Below, piece after piece: positions 23,611-36,791 of a stretch of DNA of 64,000 nucleotides; positions within the stretch are counted from its first letter, which is position 1, and each line of letters starts with the position of its first letter. Origin of the DNA: Eledone cirrhosa. Lineage: Eukaryota. The position numbers and the translations under genes are program-made. The stretch covers positions 19,034,001-19,098,000 of the forward strand of contig OZ024746.1 in assembly GCA_964016885.1 (NCBI GenBank). The letters are read 5' to 3'. The notes beneath the pieces are model-generated. The model saw nothing but the letters and a program-made list of their open reading frames with translations, made no database searches and was not told where the DNA came from.

Positions 23611-23917
23611 TGTGCTCATACTTAGCTGGTATCTGAGAGATATGGGGTTCAATTCCTCAGTAGCCAATGGCAACTTCTTTTTCCGACTTATTCAAGGGTC
23701 TTCACCCTGTTTTATAAGCTATTTTATAGCACCTTTATGCATGAGTACACCATTCTTTATATCAACTTTATCTTCTCAGCACTTTGTAAGAGTCCTTGAG
23801 ATCGGCTACATATACACAATGTTTGTTTGTGGACATTTCATATTTTGCCTTTTCTTTCTGACTCTTTCTCAATGAAAATACATTTTCATGACAAAACAAT
23901 TTAGACAACTCACATAC

Positions 23918-24007
23918 CTGTGGATATGTTCATATCCCAGCTGTGAAACATGGAGCTAGGTCACCAAATAGAAAATAACAGAAATTCATAGCTGCTTCTC
24001 TATCTAT
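23918..24007 (-). other. Candidate exon (alternative acceptor possible at 23940)
   Basis: Donor CAG|gtatgt at 23918/23917; acceptors tttccctttgaaaatag or tgtttcacag; the 90-nt form has stops in all three frames. Confidence 0.35.
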
Positions 24008-24889
24008 CTATTTTCAAAGGGAAACTAATTCCATTAGATTTTATTTTTATCAAAATCACAAAGGAAAAGAACCCCCCGCATCCACCCCACCCAGATCTTT
24101 CACACAGTGTTGTTTTCTTTGTCCATCTGCTATTTCAGAGAAGAATCAACCAACTATAAACAAAATCTTTGAGTACATGGAGGTTACAAAAAGATTCAAC
24201 AATAGAACCTCCAAGCTGCTTTACAGCTTCCCTTGCTCCCCATTTTTTATATCTTACTTTTTTTTTCTTTTTTTTTTTCCATTATTTTGCCTCCGATTAG
24301 AATATTTTATTTTATTTTAATTTTAATTTTTATTTTTATATTCATTTATCTCTGTACATTTTATTTTTTGTTTCTCGAGTGTAAGAAGTACTAGATACTT
24401 TCCCTAGTCTGTCATGGCTTACTAACTCTATGTACAGACCTGTAACTCCTGGGGGAGTCATAGTGCTGCTGAATTAACATTGTGTTTCTAGGGCATTTTT
24501 TTTTTTTTTACCTGGCGGAACCCATCTCCTCTCCAGCTCTATAAGGACATTTAAATTGATTAAATGAATAAATAAATACCTATATTGAGTGCAATCTATT
24601 TAAATGCTATAAGACCATATTACATTACCACTCAACAGAAGATAACAATACTCCTTTCAGAACAATTAACAAAAATGTTCACCAGCCTAAGATTGTCTAA
24701 AAAGTCTGCAATCTTCAAATCTATTAATCATTAATCTACAAAGGAGAGACTATGAATACAAAGATATTGATTATTAAATAATAGAATTATAACTTTCTAA
24801 GAAATTCTTATCACTAAAGAATTGGTTGATTGATAACTGAAATGCTTTATTACATAACCATTAAATATATTTTTATGTTATCTATTTCA

Positions 24890-25575
24890 CGGCCACACAC
24901 ACACACACACACACCACCACCACCAACGGATTACACACCACCGCTCATCGTTCCAGCTATCCACTCCATAACATGAAAAATATCCGGCATCTCTTCCCAC
25001 ACTCCTCGGAACTACCTTAGGAAATTACCCATGGACATGCACTCACAATTCTTTTTCAACCACGCCACCTACAACCACACCACATAAACACCAACGCACA
25101 CGTGCGTACCCCCACATATACACACTTAGCCTCCGGAATCCTCCCCCCCTCCCCCACCTCTCTGATCCCTCCCCACGCACGCACACACACACCGACCTAC
25201 ACCCCACCGCACACCTTTTCCTGAACATAGAACCTTGTTCTTCCCCCAACTCTCACATTCACACACACGAACACCTATACACAAACACCACCTTCAGCCC
25301 TCCCCCGCCTCCCTCTCCCACCCGCCACCACCCCCTACACCACTTTATCTTTATGTTTATTTTAATTTTTATTTGTACCCCTTCTACCGTTTTTCCTCCC
25401 TTTTCTTCTAAATGTCTCTCCACCACTCCCCCACACACCCTCGAAACTCTTCCCACCCACTTTTCTCCTGAAGAAGGGCTTATGCCCGAAACGTCCCCCC
25501 CCCCCACTCTCAAGAGCGTGAAACTAATAAACCTTTGTACTACCTCTCTGTTTTCGTTCCCATTCTAGTTTTCAC
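24890..25575 (+). mobile_element. Penelope-like element terminal (pseudo-LTR) fragment
   Basis: C-rich, CpG-retaining block ending in CTGAAGAAGGGCTTATGCCCGAAACGTC, then AATAAA at 25526-25531. Confidence 0.65.
25468..25495 (+). ncRNA. Minimal hammerhead ribozyme core, Penelope-associated type; helix I not evident
   Basis: CUGAAGA, A, stem II GGGC-uuau-GCCC, GAAAC, GUC. Confidence 0.6.
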
Positions 25576-25613
<38 letters not shown>

Positions 25614-25631
25614 CACACACACACACATATA

Positions 25632-25836
25632 TGAGGGTTTGCTGAAAAGTTCCTGGCTTGATTGCTGCTACAGAGGACTCATTGGAGGCCCAATCTTTTG
25701 AGTTCTTTTTACAGGGTTTAGAAAAACTGAAGGACCGCTGCAATAAGTGTTTGAATCTAAGAAGGGAATATGCTGAATAAAATCATTAACTGGATTTTCT
25801 TTTACCCAAAGCCAGGAACTTTTCAGCACCCCCTCG
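25632..25836 (+). mobile_element. Mariner internal-deletion derivative
   Basis: TIRs tgagggtttgctgaaaagttcctggctt / aagccaggaacttttcagcaccccctcg; internal GLEKLKDRCNKCLNLRREYAE* resembles the mariner C-terminus. Confidence 0.8.
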
Positions 25837-25842
25837 TTGGTA

Positions 25843-25873
<31 letters not shown>

Positions 25874-25921
25874 CCTGATGATTTCTAAAGAATGAAACAG
25901 TTCTAGTCCTGTAGAATCCCA

Positions 25922-25961
<40 letters not shown>

Positions 25962-27373
25962 TTTAGGAAGGACATCTAGCTGTAGAAACCAAGCCAAAAT
26001 CAGTTTTGTATGAGCAAGACATGGTCACCTGACCTAGCATTGCCCACAACAGGACAACTTCTGTAGCCCATGCTAGCATAGAAAAATGGATGTAAAGTAG
26101 GGATGATGATATATATACATGATATATATACATGATATTTTCATTCATTATATCAGTAAACATACAAAATCTGACTAGAATTCTATAGACAAACTATTTA
26201 CTAGTCTTTTATTATCTGCCAAAACACTCGGGCCCCAACATTGTGTCATTTAAACTATATTAAAGTTTAGATAAATATTTTAATTCCTTCCCAAGAATAA
26301 GCAGAGGAGGGGGGGGGGGGGGGGGGGGATTACTGCAAAGAATTGCAAAAAATGCATAAAAGGTGCTGTAAATAATTTGAATTAGTTAATAAAAGAGAAC
26401 CAACTTAATTCTATGGCAGGTCTAAATTAGTTCTGTAGCATAAATGAAGCCGCAGAAACTCAGTTATAGAGGTTATGTAACTTTTATTCTTCCACTATGC
26501 TGCTTTGATCTATTTCCAATTACCAGCTTTCTAAATATTTACACCACTTTTTTTTTTTTTTCTTAAACAAAAATAATTTCGTAACAGAGATGATGCACTT
26601 CCTTCACTAGTTTGACCTATTGTGTTCTACTGCATAATGTGAAAAACTTTAAAATTTTCAAAGATGCTTTAATTTCTTTTAGTAGTTAAATCAATTAGAT
26701 TTAATTGGGGAAAATATACAAAATTTAAAAAAAAAAAATTTATCACATAGTCTGGAGACAAATAACTAGTGCTAGTGTTCGTTAATTAAAAGTTAATAAA
26801 AACAAAGGTTAAACAAACCACACTTGTTTCATATCAATTAAGCTATGAGTCTTGAGTAACTAGCTACCCAATTTAAGACTATTAGAAAGCAGGTAGCATT
26901 ATATTGCCGAGTTGTTCTTAATGTGTCTGAAAAGAAATCAAACTTGGGTCATGCACTATGAATCTAAATTTAGAGTTTTCCACAAAACCATTTACAAAAC
27001 AACTTCATCCTTTATTAAATGTAATTTTCTATTTTAAAAAAAAAAGTGTACTTTATTTCATTTGAAAATATGGCAATTTTTTTTTTTTTTTTTTTTTTCT
27101 TCTCAGAAACATAAAATTAGTGTTCCCAATAATTGAAATCATAAAAAAAAAAAAAAAAAAGTTATTGTATAGGAAAGTTGCATTGCACTTCAACACAAAA
27201 TGCAGATGTTCAATCAACGCAATTTGTTTTTATTGATTTCAAATCAAAAATATCGTTCCTTGTTCCGAGATAAAAATATGAGAAAATTTGCCATAACAAA
27301 CAAAACTCTATTTAAAAAATGCAGCTACAAGAAATATCATCAGAAAAAAAACATTATCTACAAATAAGAGAGT

Positions 27374-27494
27374 GAAGAAAAAGAAGAAAAAGAAGAAAAA
27401 GAAAAAGAAGAAAAAGAAGAAAAAGAAAAAGAAGAAAAAGAAGAAAAAGAAGAAAAAGAAGAAAAAGAAGAAAAAGAAGAAAAAGAAGAAAAAG
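27374..27494. repeat. (GAAGAAAAA)n purine-rich repeat
   Basis: Direct inspection. Confidence 0.95.
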
Positions 27495-28539
27495 ATTCTC
27501 TCTGCAACAGTGAATCAATAGTTTTTCTTAATGTTCAAAACAACACTTCTATCTAACATAAATACAAATCCAAAAATAGGTATTTTATTGATAGACTATT
27601 TCTATAAAACACTAGTCAGAAGTCGTTCAACTAGAATTCAATCACATTTGATTTTTTGCAATAATTAAAGTGAACAATAGATTTTAGAATAACTTCTTTT
27701 CTTCTTTCTTTTATACAAGAGAAATGGACAAACTGCAGATTACAATCAAGTTCATAATATCATACAATTGACATTTAAAAAGAACACAGATACTATTTAT
27801 GAACATCACTATTTTGTCTAGCTCCACCATAAATTGAGCAAAAATAATTCTTTTTTATTTTTCATGAAATAAAATACCAGTATCAAACATGTATATTTAA
27901 TCAAACTATTTGTAAAATAAAACAAATCTTTATTTTGCTCAAACTATCAGTAAGCCGTATTTTGTCTTCAGGTAACCTACCGACAAGATGAAAGAACTAA
28001 AATCAAAACCCATACTTTTATACCTCTAACAGCAATTGTTTATTAATTGAATATTTACCAATAGACCAATGCCATAATATTCTAAAGACCATGAATTATG
28101 GGCTCTAGATCAATTGATAGATGTTAGATTCCTGGCTCTCAGCTACATATTCTAAGTTGATGTTACAATCTGTCCTTGAGCATGTATCTTAATTCTAGCC
28201 CCTTAACATACCTACGTGTTCAATTAATAAGTTATTAATGAATCTGTTTGTTTGTTGTTTTTTTCACTGATAAGTGGAGAGATGCTGTACTGAGAAGGAC
28301 CATTGAACCCATGCAAGCATGGAACAACAGATATAAAATGGTGATGATGATGATGATCTACATGAATCTTACAACATAGAATCTAAGAAAATATGTGTAT
28401 TATCATATTAATGTTAAAGGAAATTAATGGGGGAGCGTCTCTTATTTTATCGTAGATAATGAATAAAATAAGAAAGGAAGCTCCTAAGTAGAGATCAACT
28501 GACAATAGGTGTTACTTTATTCTTTATTGAAAATAACAA

Positions 28540-28750
28540 ACTTTGTTATTTAGCCCTAGGTCAACTCTGCTGCAAAAACCTATAATTAAAGGTTTTTCCA
28601 GGATGAGCATCTCGGTCTTTTATTCAAACAGTATATCTAAAACTACATTATCCAATGTAGTCCTATTTTTTAGAAGGTGAGGCATAATTTGAAAGGGATC
28701 CATCTGGTTACTATTTCTATCAGGTCAAACAACCGCAAAAGATTCCCTTA
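28540..28750 (+). repeat. Old interspersed repeat, unclassified
   Basis: Similar to 63820-64000 (+) and 4940-5145 (-). Confidence 0.5.
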
Positions 28751-29569
28751 GCTTGATAACTGCTCCCACTGCCACCAATACCACCACCACCAGGTGTACA
28801 CAAATTGCTTCAGAAATTTAACCATCTGTAACCCTACTATAACTGTCTCTTTCCTCTCTCTTTCACATACACACACACTTCCTCTCTATGCCACAGACAA
28901 ATCAATTTACAACTGTTTTTGTTGTTCTTTTATATCTCATCTCTCAGTTTTCTAATGTTGACAACAATAACAAACAATTGTTGACAGTTGAGTTGACATT
29001 CAATAGTTACTTATCTACCTATCTTTCTAGCTACCATATAATATGGCAGTAGCAATTGGAGAAAATCAGTTTTAAGATGTGCTAGCAGGGAATATGTTAA
29101 ACGATGATGATGATGATGTGATGTTCGAAGACTTATCAAGTATAAATTTAAAAAAAACAACATTCTCTCTATTGAGGCAATATCAATTTGTATTAAGCAG
29201 GTCATAATAACAAATCTATTATTTTTCAACTTCTTTCAACTCAATATCATCTTCAAAACAATTATTTCCGATGCACTGACAAAACTTAACACAGCTTTTT
29301 ATCATTATCAATTAACATTACTCATCAAAAATATGAAATTTATATTTCAACAAGGACAGATGAGATATTTTAAAATGTTCAAAATGTGTTTACATAGTCT
29401 CACTAATTAGTCATAATGTAACATCAACAAAAACTGCACATGTTATGTTATTAATAACTTAAACTATTTACATAAGACCTATTTAACTGCTTTAGATATA
29501 TTTCACCACCACACATCATGAAAAAACACAAACACCCCCACACCACCCCAACCCAGAGTTCTATCGTCG

Positions 29570-29790
29570 AGGCATATGACTTAGTGGTTAAAAAATTGGA
29601 TCCGCAATTGAGAAGCTGTGAGTTCAATTCCCAGACCAGGTGATGTGTTATGTCCTTGAGCAAGACACTTTATTTCACATTGCTCTTTCTGCCAGGAAAT
29701 TATCGGCAATGGAAAAACCAATGGAAACATTGTTTCTTTGATCCAATTTGACAAGCTGCACCCCACTCTGGGATCTTGTCAGTTGATTCC
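29570..29790 (+). mobile_element. CORE-type SINE, variant with ggaaaaaccaatggaaacattgtttc body
   Basis: A and B boxes, CORE; body shared with 47820, 49310, 52935 and 55320. Confidence 0.8.
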
Positions 29791-31343
29791 CACAAAATTT
29801 AATGTAGTGTTGATGTGAATATTCAACTGAAGAAGAGTGCCATCTGCTTTTTGTGGGATGATGATATCCTCATATATAGCACTGAGTAGCCAAACTACAG
29901 ATTTAAATACATGTTAAACAATGAAATAATATGTTTAAACACAACATCAACTGGAGAACTACAAAAGGATTGCCTCCTAAAGAGTAACTGCCTCATAAAT
30001 AACATGATATACAAGTCCTCATCATCATCAGGTTAGACGAGTTGTCATGTTATGAAACAAGTGAAGTCAAACTATCTCCCTAGTGCTGATGATCTACATG
30101 ATAGTCACATCCAGTTAACTCTGTAAAATGGTTGATAGGAAAGGCATCCAGCCATAGAAAACCTGCCAAACAGAGTCAAAATGACTCTTCAGTTGCATGA
30201 TAGACATGACAATTTCTCTAGTGCTGGTGCCATGATAAAATGCACATGGCAGAGGACAGGAAATATATGTGAAAGGCTGATCCCCGGTTCAATTAAACAC
30301 CCAGCAGAGTTCAGGAACGTATGTAAGCCAAGTCAGTAGCTCTGACTCACTTTGTGATAACTCGTCCAACTCTTACTAGCAGGGAAAACAGACATTAAAT
30401 AATGATGATGATTTATGTATTTATGTATGTGTGTATATATATGTACAAGTCTTTTACATAGTATGTACATAGTATTTTACAAGACTATGTATCACACCCG
30501 CACACATATCCTATATGACTGCAGTGTATTTAACTGTGCTAAATTAGATGAAATTCAAAATAAGTATTTTTAATATACAGATATTTTTCCTTAAGTCATT
30601 TAATTACAAATTCATTCAAACATTTTACTCTAAATATTTAAGTAATGTAGTGTTGAACTTAAATCATTTTTTAATGGTGTTAAATGAGAAAACTATATTT
30701 AAAAACAAACAATAAAAGTTCATTAAATCTATGATATCAACAAATAAAAATATATTCCAATAAAAATAGACGATTATAAGAGATATTTTTCAATGAAAAA
30801 TACTAAATACAAGCCAATAAATGAAGTAAGAATAAGCTATTTGATTCCTAGGATATATACTACAGTGTTTAAAGTCTAGAATAATTTCTGCAGTGATTTT
30901 TATAGTGATTTTTACAGAAAAAAGGGAAACAGCAGCAATGTCCATGTTTATGGTCTTGTAAACTTGCAACAGAGAGGATTTCACAATAGACCCAAGTACT
31001 TAAGATATGAATAAAACAGCTGATAAGGTTGAAGTGTTATACAAAACATTTATTTACATTCAATATTTATATACATAAACACTTCATGAGGAATCATGTA
31101 CACACACACAAACACGTACATATATACAACAAGCAACACTACCATGGATAGTGTCTCTATGACCTATGCTAGAGTTATCTTTGAAACCTTAGGTAGTAAC
31201 CAACTGTGCTGTAAAATTTTATTTATATATATCAACTACAATATAACAAAAGATCTAAAGCTCAGGTATAATCCATAGTGTAACATCCAGTAAATGTATG
31301 AATGTAACTTCACAGAGCATGACTAGTAAACACTATACCAAGA

Positions 31344-31394
31344 CTACACCAGATTTGCTGACGGCCGCCGTTGATAGACTATTTTGAATGTATG
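31344..31394 (-). other. Candidate terminal coding exon (HTFKIVYQRRPSANLV*) followed by 3'UTR-like sequence
   Basis: Acceptor ttccttgaaacag|; CpG-rich cggcggccg in an AT-rich, TE-free context; minus-strand AATAAA near 31050. Confidence 0.25.
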
Positions 31395-31721
31395 CTGTTT
31401 CAAGGAACTGATGATGATGATAGGTAGAATTATATTATTTTATTAGTTTTATGTACATTTCACCAAAAGAAGAAAATATCGATATCATCATAAATATTTT
31501 TGTTTTTCATCATAGTAAGATACTAATATAAGGAATCAAAACTTTATAAAAATGTAAACATCTTGGCATATATTACTTTTCAAATGCATTTGGTTGTCAG
31601 AAACTTCAAAATGTATGAAACCATATAAATCTAGTGAAATTAGAAAAACAACGACTCCTATGCAAGAGATGTATTAATAACTGAAAAGAAATTTCATGCA
31701 AAACTGTCGTGAGTGGTGAGT

Positions 31722-34700
31722 GTAATATGGAACACTACATATAAACAGATGAGGGCACGTAGTTTAGTTGTTACAGAGTTGGATTCACAATTGTCAGTTC
31801 AATACCTGGACTAGTAATATGGAACACTACATATAAACAGATGAGGGCACATAGTTTAGTTGTTACAGAGTTGGATTCACAATTGTCAGTTCAATACCTG
31901 GACTAGTAATATGGAACACTACATATAAACAGATGAGGGCACATAGTTTAGTTGTTACAGAGTTGGATTCACAATTGTCAGTTCAATACCTGGACTAATA
32001 ATATGGAACACTACATATAAACAGATGAGGGCACATAGTTTAGTTGTTACAGAGTTGGATTCACAATTGTCAGTTCAATACCTGGACTAGTAATATGGAA
32101 TACTACATATAAACAGATGAGGGCACGTAGTTTAGTTGTTACAGAGTTGGATTCACAATTGTCAGTTCAATACCTGGACTAGTAATATGGAATACTACAT
32201 ATAAACAGATGAGGGCACGTAGTTTAGTTGTTACAGAGTTGGATTCACAATTGTCAGTTCAATACCTGGACTAATAATATGGAACACTACATATAAACAG
32301 ATGAGGGCACATAGTTTAGTTGTTACAGAGTTGGATTCACAATTGTCAGTTCAATACCTGGACTAGTAATATGGAATACTACATATAAACAGATGAGGGC
32401 ACGTAGTTTAGTTGTTACAGAGTTGGATTCACAATTGTCAGTTCAATACCTGGACTAGTAATATGGAATACTACATATAAACAGATGAGGGCACATAGTT
32501 TAGTTGTTACAGAGTTGGATTCACAATTGTGAGTTCAATACCTGGACTAGTAATATGGAATACTACATATAAACAGATGAGGGCACATAGTTTAGTTGTT
32601 ACAGAGTTGGATTCACAATTGTGAGTTCAATACCTGGACTAGTAATATGGAATACTACATATAAACAGATGAGGGCACATAGTTTAGTTGTTACAGAGTT
32701 GGATTCACAATTGTCAGTTCAATACCTGGACTAGTAATATGGAATACTACATATAAACAGATGAGGGCACATAGTTTAGTTGTTACAGAGTTGGATTCAC
32801 AATTGTCAGTTCAATACCTGGACTAGTAATATGGAATACTACATATAAACAGATGAGGGCACATAGTTTAGTTGTTACAGAGTTGGATTCACAATTGTCA
32901 GTTCAATACCTGGACTAGTAATATGGAATACTACATATAAACAGATGAGGGCACGTAGTTTAGTTGTTACAGAGTTGGATTCACAATTGTCAGTTCAATA
33001 CCTGGACTAGTAATATGGAATACTACATATAAACAGATGAGGGCACATAGTTTAGTTGTTACAGAGTTGGATTCACAATTGTGAGTTCAATACCTGGACT
33101 AGTAATATGGAATACTACATATAAACAGATGAGGGCACATAGTTTAGTTGTTACAGAGTTGGATTCACAATTGTGAGTTCAATACCTGGACTAGTAATAT
33201 GGAATACTACATATAAACAGATGAGGGCACATAGTTTAGTTGTTACAGAGTTGGATTCACAATTGTCAGTTCAATACCTGGACTAGTAATATGGAATACT
33301 ACATATAAACAGATGAGGGCACATAGTTTAGTTGTTACAGAGTTGGATTCACAATTGTCAGTTCAATACCTGGACTAGTAATATGGAATACTACATATAA
33401 ACAGATGAGGGCACATAGTTTAGTTGTTACAGAGTTGGATTCACAATTGTCAGTTCAATACCTGGACTAGTAATATGGAATACTACATATAAACAGATGA
33501 GGGCACGTAGTTTAGTTGTTACAGAGTTGGATTCACAATTGTCAGTTCAATACCTGGACTAGTAATATGGAATACTACATATAAACAGATGAGGGCACGT
33601 AGTTTAGTTGTTACAGAGTTGGATTCACAATTGTCAGTTCAATACCTGGACTAGTAATATGGAATACTACATATAAACAGATGAGGGCACGTAGTTTAGT
33701 TGTTACAGAGTTGGATTCACAATTGTGAGTTCAATACCTGGACTAGTAATATGGAATACTACATATAAACAGATGAGGGCACGTAGTTTAGTTGTTACAG
33801 AGTTGGATTCACAATTGTCAGTTCAATACCTGGACTAGTAATATGGAATACTACATATAAACAGATGAGGGCACATAGTTTAGTTGTTACAGAGTTGGAT
33901 TCACAATTGTGAGTTCAATACCTGGACTAGTAATATGGAATACTACATATAAACAGATGAGGGCACATAGTTTAGTTGTTACAGAGTTGGATTCACAATT
34001 GTCAGTTCAATACCTGGACTAATAATATGGAATACTACATATAAACAGATGAGGGCACGTAGTTTAGTTGTTACAGAGTTGGATTCACAATTGTGAGTTC
34101 AATACCTGGACTAGTAATATGGAATACTACATATAAACAGATGAGGGCACGTAGTTTAGTTGTTACAGAGTTGGATTCACAATTGTCAGTTCAATACCTG
34201 GACTAGTAATATGGAATACTACATATAAACAGATGAGGGAACATAGTTTAGTTGTTACAGAGTTGGATTCACAATTGTCAGTTCAATACCTGGACTAGTA
34301 ATATGGAATACTACATATAAACAGATGAGGGCACGTAGTTTAGTTGTTACAGAGTTGGATTCACAATTGTCAGTTCAATACCTGGACTAGTAATATGGAA
34401 TACTACATATAAACAGATGAGGGCACGTAGTTTAGTTGTTACAGAGTTGGATTCACAATTGTCAGTTCAATACCTGGACTAATAATATGGAATACTACAT
34501 ATAAACAGATGAGGGCACGTAGTTTAGTTGTTACAGAGTTGGATTCACAATTGTCAGTTCAATACCTGGACTAGTAATATGGAATACTACATATAAACAG
34601 ATGAGGGCACGTAGTTTAGTTGTTACAGAGTTGGATTCACAATTGTCAGTTCAATACCTGGACTAATAATATGGAATACTACATATAAACAGATGAGGGC

Positions 34701-34788
34701 ACGTAGTTTAGTTGTTACAGAGTTGGATTCACAATTGTCAGTTCAATACCTGGACTAATAATATGGAATACTACATATAAACTGATGA
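31722..34788 (+). repeat. 92-bp tandem array (33 full units) derived from a CORE-SINE 5' head plus 30 bp of flank
   Basis: gagggcac recurs at 31751+92k up to 34695; unit holds A box TAGTTTAGTTG and B box GTTCAATAC; the array runs into a CORE-SINE at 34790. Confidence 0.97.
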
Positions 34789-34789
34789 A

Positions 34790-34920
34790 GATGTGTGGTT
34801 TGGATTCATAATTGTGAAGTTGTGAGTTTGATTCCTGGACCAGGTATTGTGTTATGTCTTCAGCAAGACACTTTATTGCACGTTGCTCCAATTGACATAA
34901 CTACAGAAATGATTTACGAT
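34790..34920 (+). mobile_element. CORE-type SINE adjoining the array
   Basis: ttggattcataattgtgaagttgtgagtttgattcctggacc...cttcagcaagacactttattgcacgttgctcca. Confidence 0.85.
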
Positions 34921-35559
34921 ATTTGGATAACTAGACAGTTGCAATTGACTGCCAAGTTAAAAGATTGAGCAAGCATTTGTTTAGAGCATATAACTATACA
35001 ATAATATATACACACAGTACTATTGTTATTTATGAAGCATACATATTTCCTTTATATCAGAGTTTTTTTCTTAAAGCTTTATTTCTTCATTTTGAACACA
35101 CACATGTAGCACACACAAAGAAATACATGCATACACGCACACACACACAGAGGCATACACACACAGAATAAGCATAAAATGATGAAGTGTATCATACATA
35201 CTATTTAATATACAAACCTAAATATACTCCTTTGTGAATAATAATTACAACAACTTTTTATTGGTGCCACGGCTCCCATTACTGTTATTAGGAGGAATGT
35301 CATCCAACTAGAAATACATTTGTTTCATCAAAATAAACTATTCAAGCCTGGAAAAATGGGACACTGAATTAATGGTGACAATAGATTGTCCAAAATATTC
35401 TGTATAAAACAAAAATAGATACATTATTGAAATCGAGATTATTCAGGTTCTTTCTACATTATTCAACCTATTATAGAATAATTTTGCTTTGTATTTTTAT
35501 TGTTTTTGTTTTTTTGCTGTTAGAACTTTTATATGTATGTTAGATATAACTCTTATATA

Positions 35560-36205
35560 ATGTCAAGCCAGGCTTCTGCCTGCTCCTGGTACCGTGTCAC
35601 CCAGTACAACAGGCTTCATGGTCAATATCAGGCCAAATCAGGTTTCTGCCTGCTATTGGTATCATGTAACCCAGTACAACCGGTTTCATGGTTGAGTGGT
35701 TGGTGACTAAACAGACTCCCCCAGCAGACCCTGGTTTGGTGAGGAAGGTAAATGATATCCCAGCAGCATAAAAAAAAACAAGAAAACAAGAGCTGTTAAA
35801 AAGGGATGGATGAACACCTCAGAGTCAACAGCCATCCATCACAAATATGGCTTAACCCTTTAGCATTTACATTACTCTATATTTACTATTGTACTTTTGT
35901 GGTAAACACTTTATCTCATAATTATCTCACATAATATCGAATCTATGAGATTTTGATATTTATTTTGATAAGAGTACCTTAACATCAGTATGAGTGGCTG
36001 GTTACAGCAAGTTTGAACAGAAAGGGGTGAGAGAATTCTGGCCGGATACAGCCAGTTTAAAAGCTAAAGGATTAAACAGCATTACCAAACCACAATTAGC
36101 CAAGCATGGTGAGTATGGCTACACCCCTGAAAACATGACCAAAACCAAACAAAGCAGTGGCGGGGTTCCTCCAACATGAGTGAGAAGGCCCTGGATTGGA
36201 TTGGA
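35560..36205 (+). mobile_element. Unclassified SINE-like repeat with an internal duplication of about 71 bp, interrupted by a MITE
   Basis: caggcttctgcctgct..cccagtacaac..catggt twice; (GGATT)n tail at 36193-36205. Confidence 0.45.
35856..36071. mobile_element. piggyBac-type MITE
   Basis: TTAA|CCCTTTAGC...GCTAAAGGA|TTAA; inverted sister copy at 61445. Confidence 0.85.
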
Positions 36206-36791
36206 TATATATAAATATTTCTCAGTCACTTTCTTTTATTTACTCTATCTTGTCATACAATCCAGTTCTTATCTGTTTCATGAGCGTGCCAACACTTCAG
36301 AGCATTTCTGGAAATTCAATATTATTCTTTGATCAAATAGCCTTCCAGGAAAGAATTTTTTTTCATCTACATCTCTTTAGTTGATTGATCTTCAAATGAT
36401 AGATACAAAATTCCTAGGTTTATATTGATTATTTGAATAACTGCTTCAGTATTGTTACAGAAAAGTTCAATAATTTTCTTTTAAACCAGTCACCTGAAAC
36501 TATTTCATCTTAAAATAGCCCCATATTCAATAGTTTAACTCGAGAAATGTTTCCAAGTTGTACAAGGATTTTCCCTATTGATTTTAAGTTAAATGAAATG
36601 GAAAATTTTCTAAGAGGTCCACTGAAATCTAACAGAGTCACCCGATTGATAAAACAATGAAATTCTACAGTTCAGCTTTCCACATGACCATTAATGGTTA
36701 TTTATATATGCATGATTGGATACTATTTAAAACAAAGTGTTTTAATTAAAACAATATATACTTTTTTTTTTCTTTAAATATAATTCATGTG

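Noticed and set aside
27374-27494. Glu/Lys-rich coding repeat
   Set aside because: No enclosing ORF or splice signals; it is a simple purine repeat.
31722-34788. CRISPR array or true tRNA gene cluster
   Set aside because: There are no unique spacers. The unit lacks an acceptor-stem 3' strand and a proper T-arm, and it matches the adjacent SINE head.
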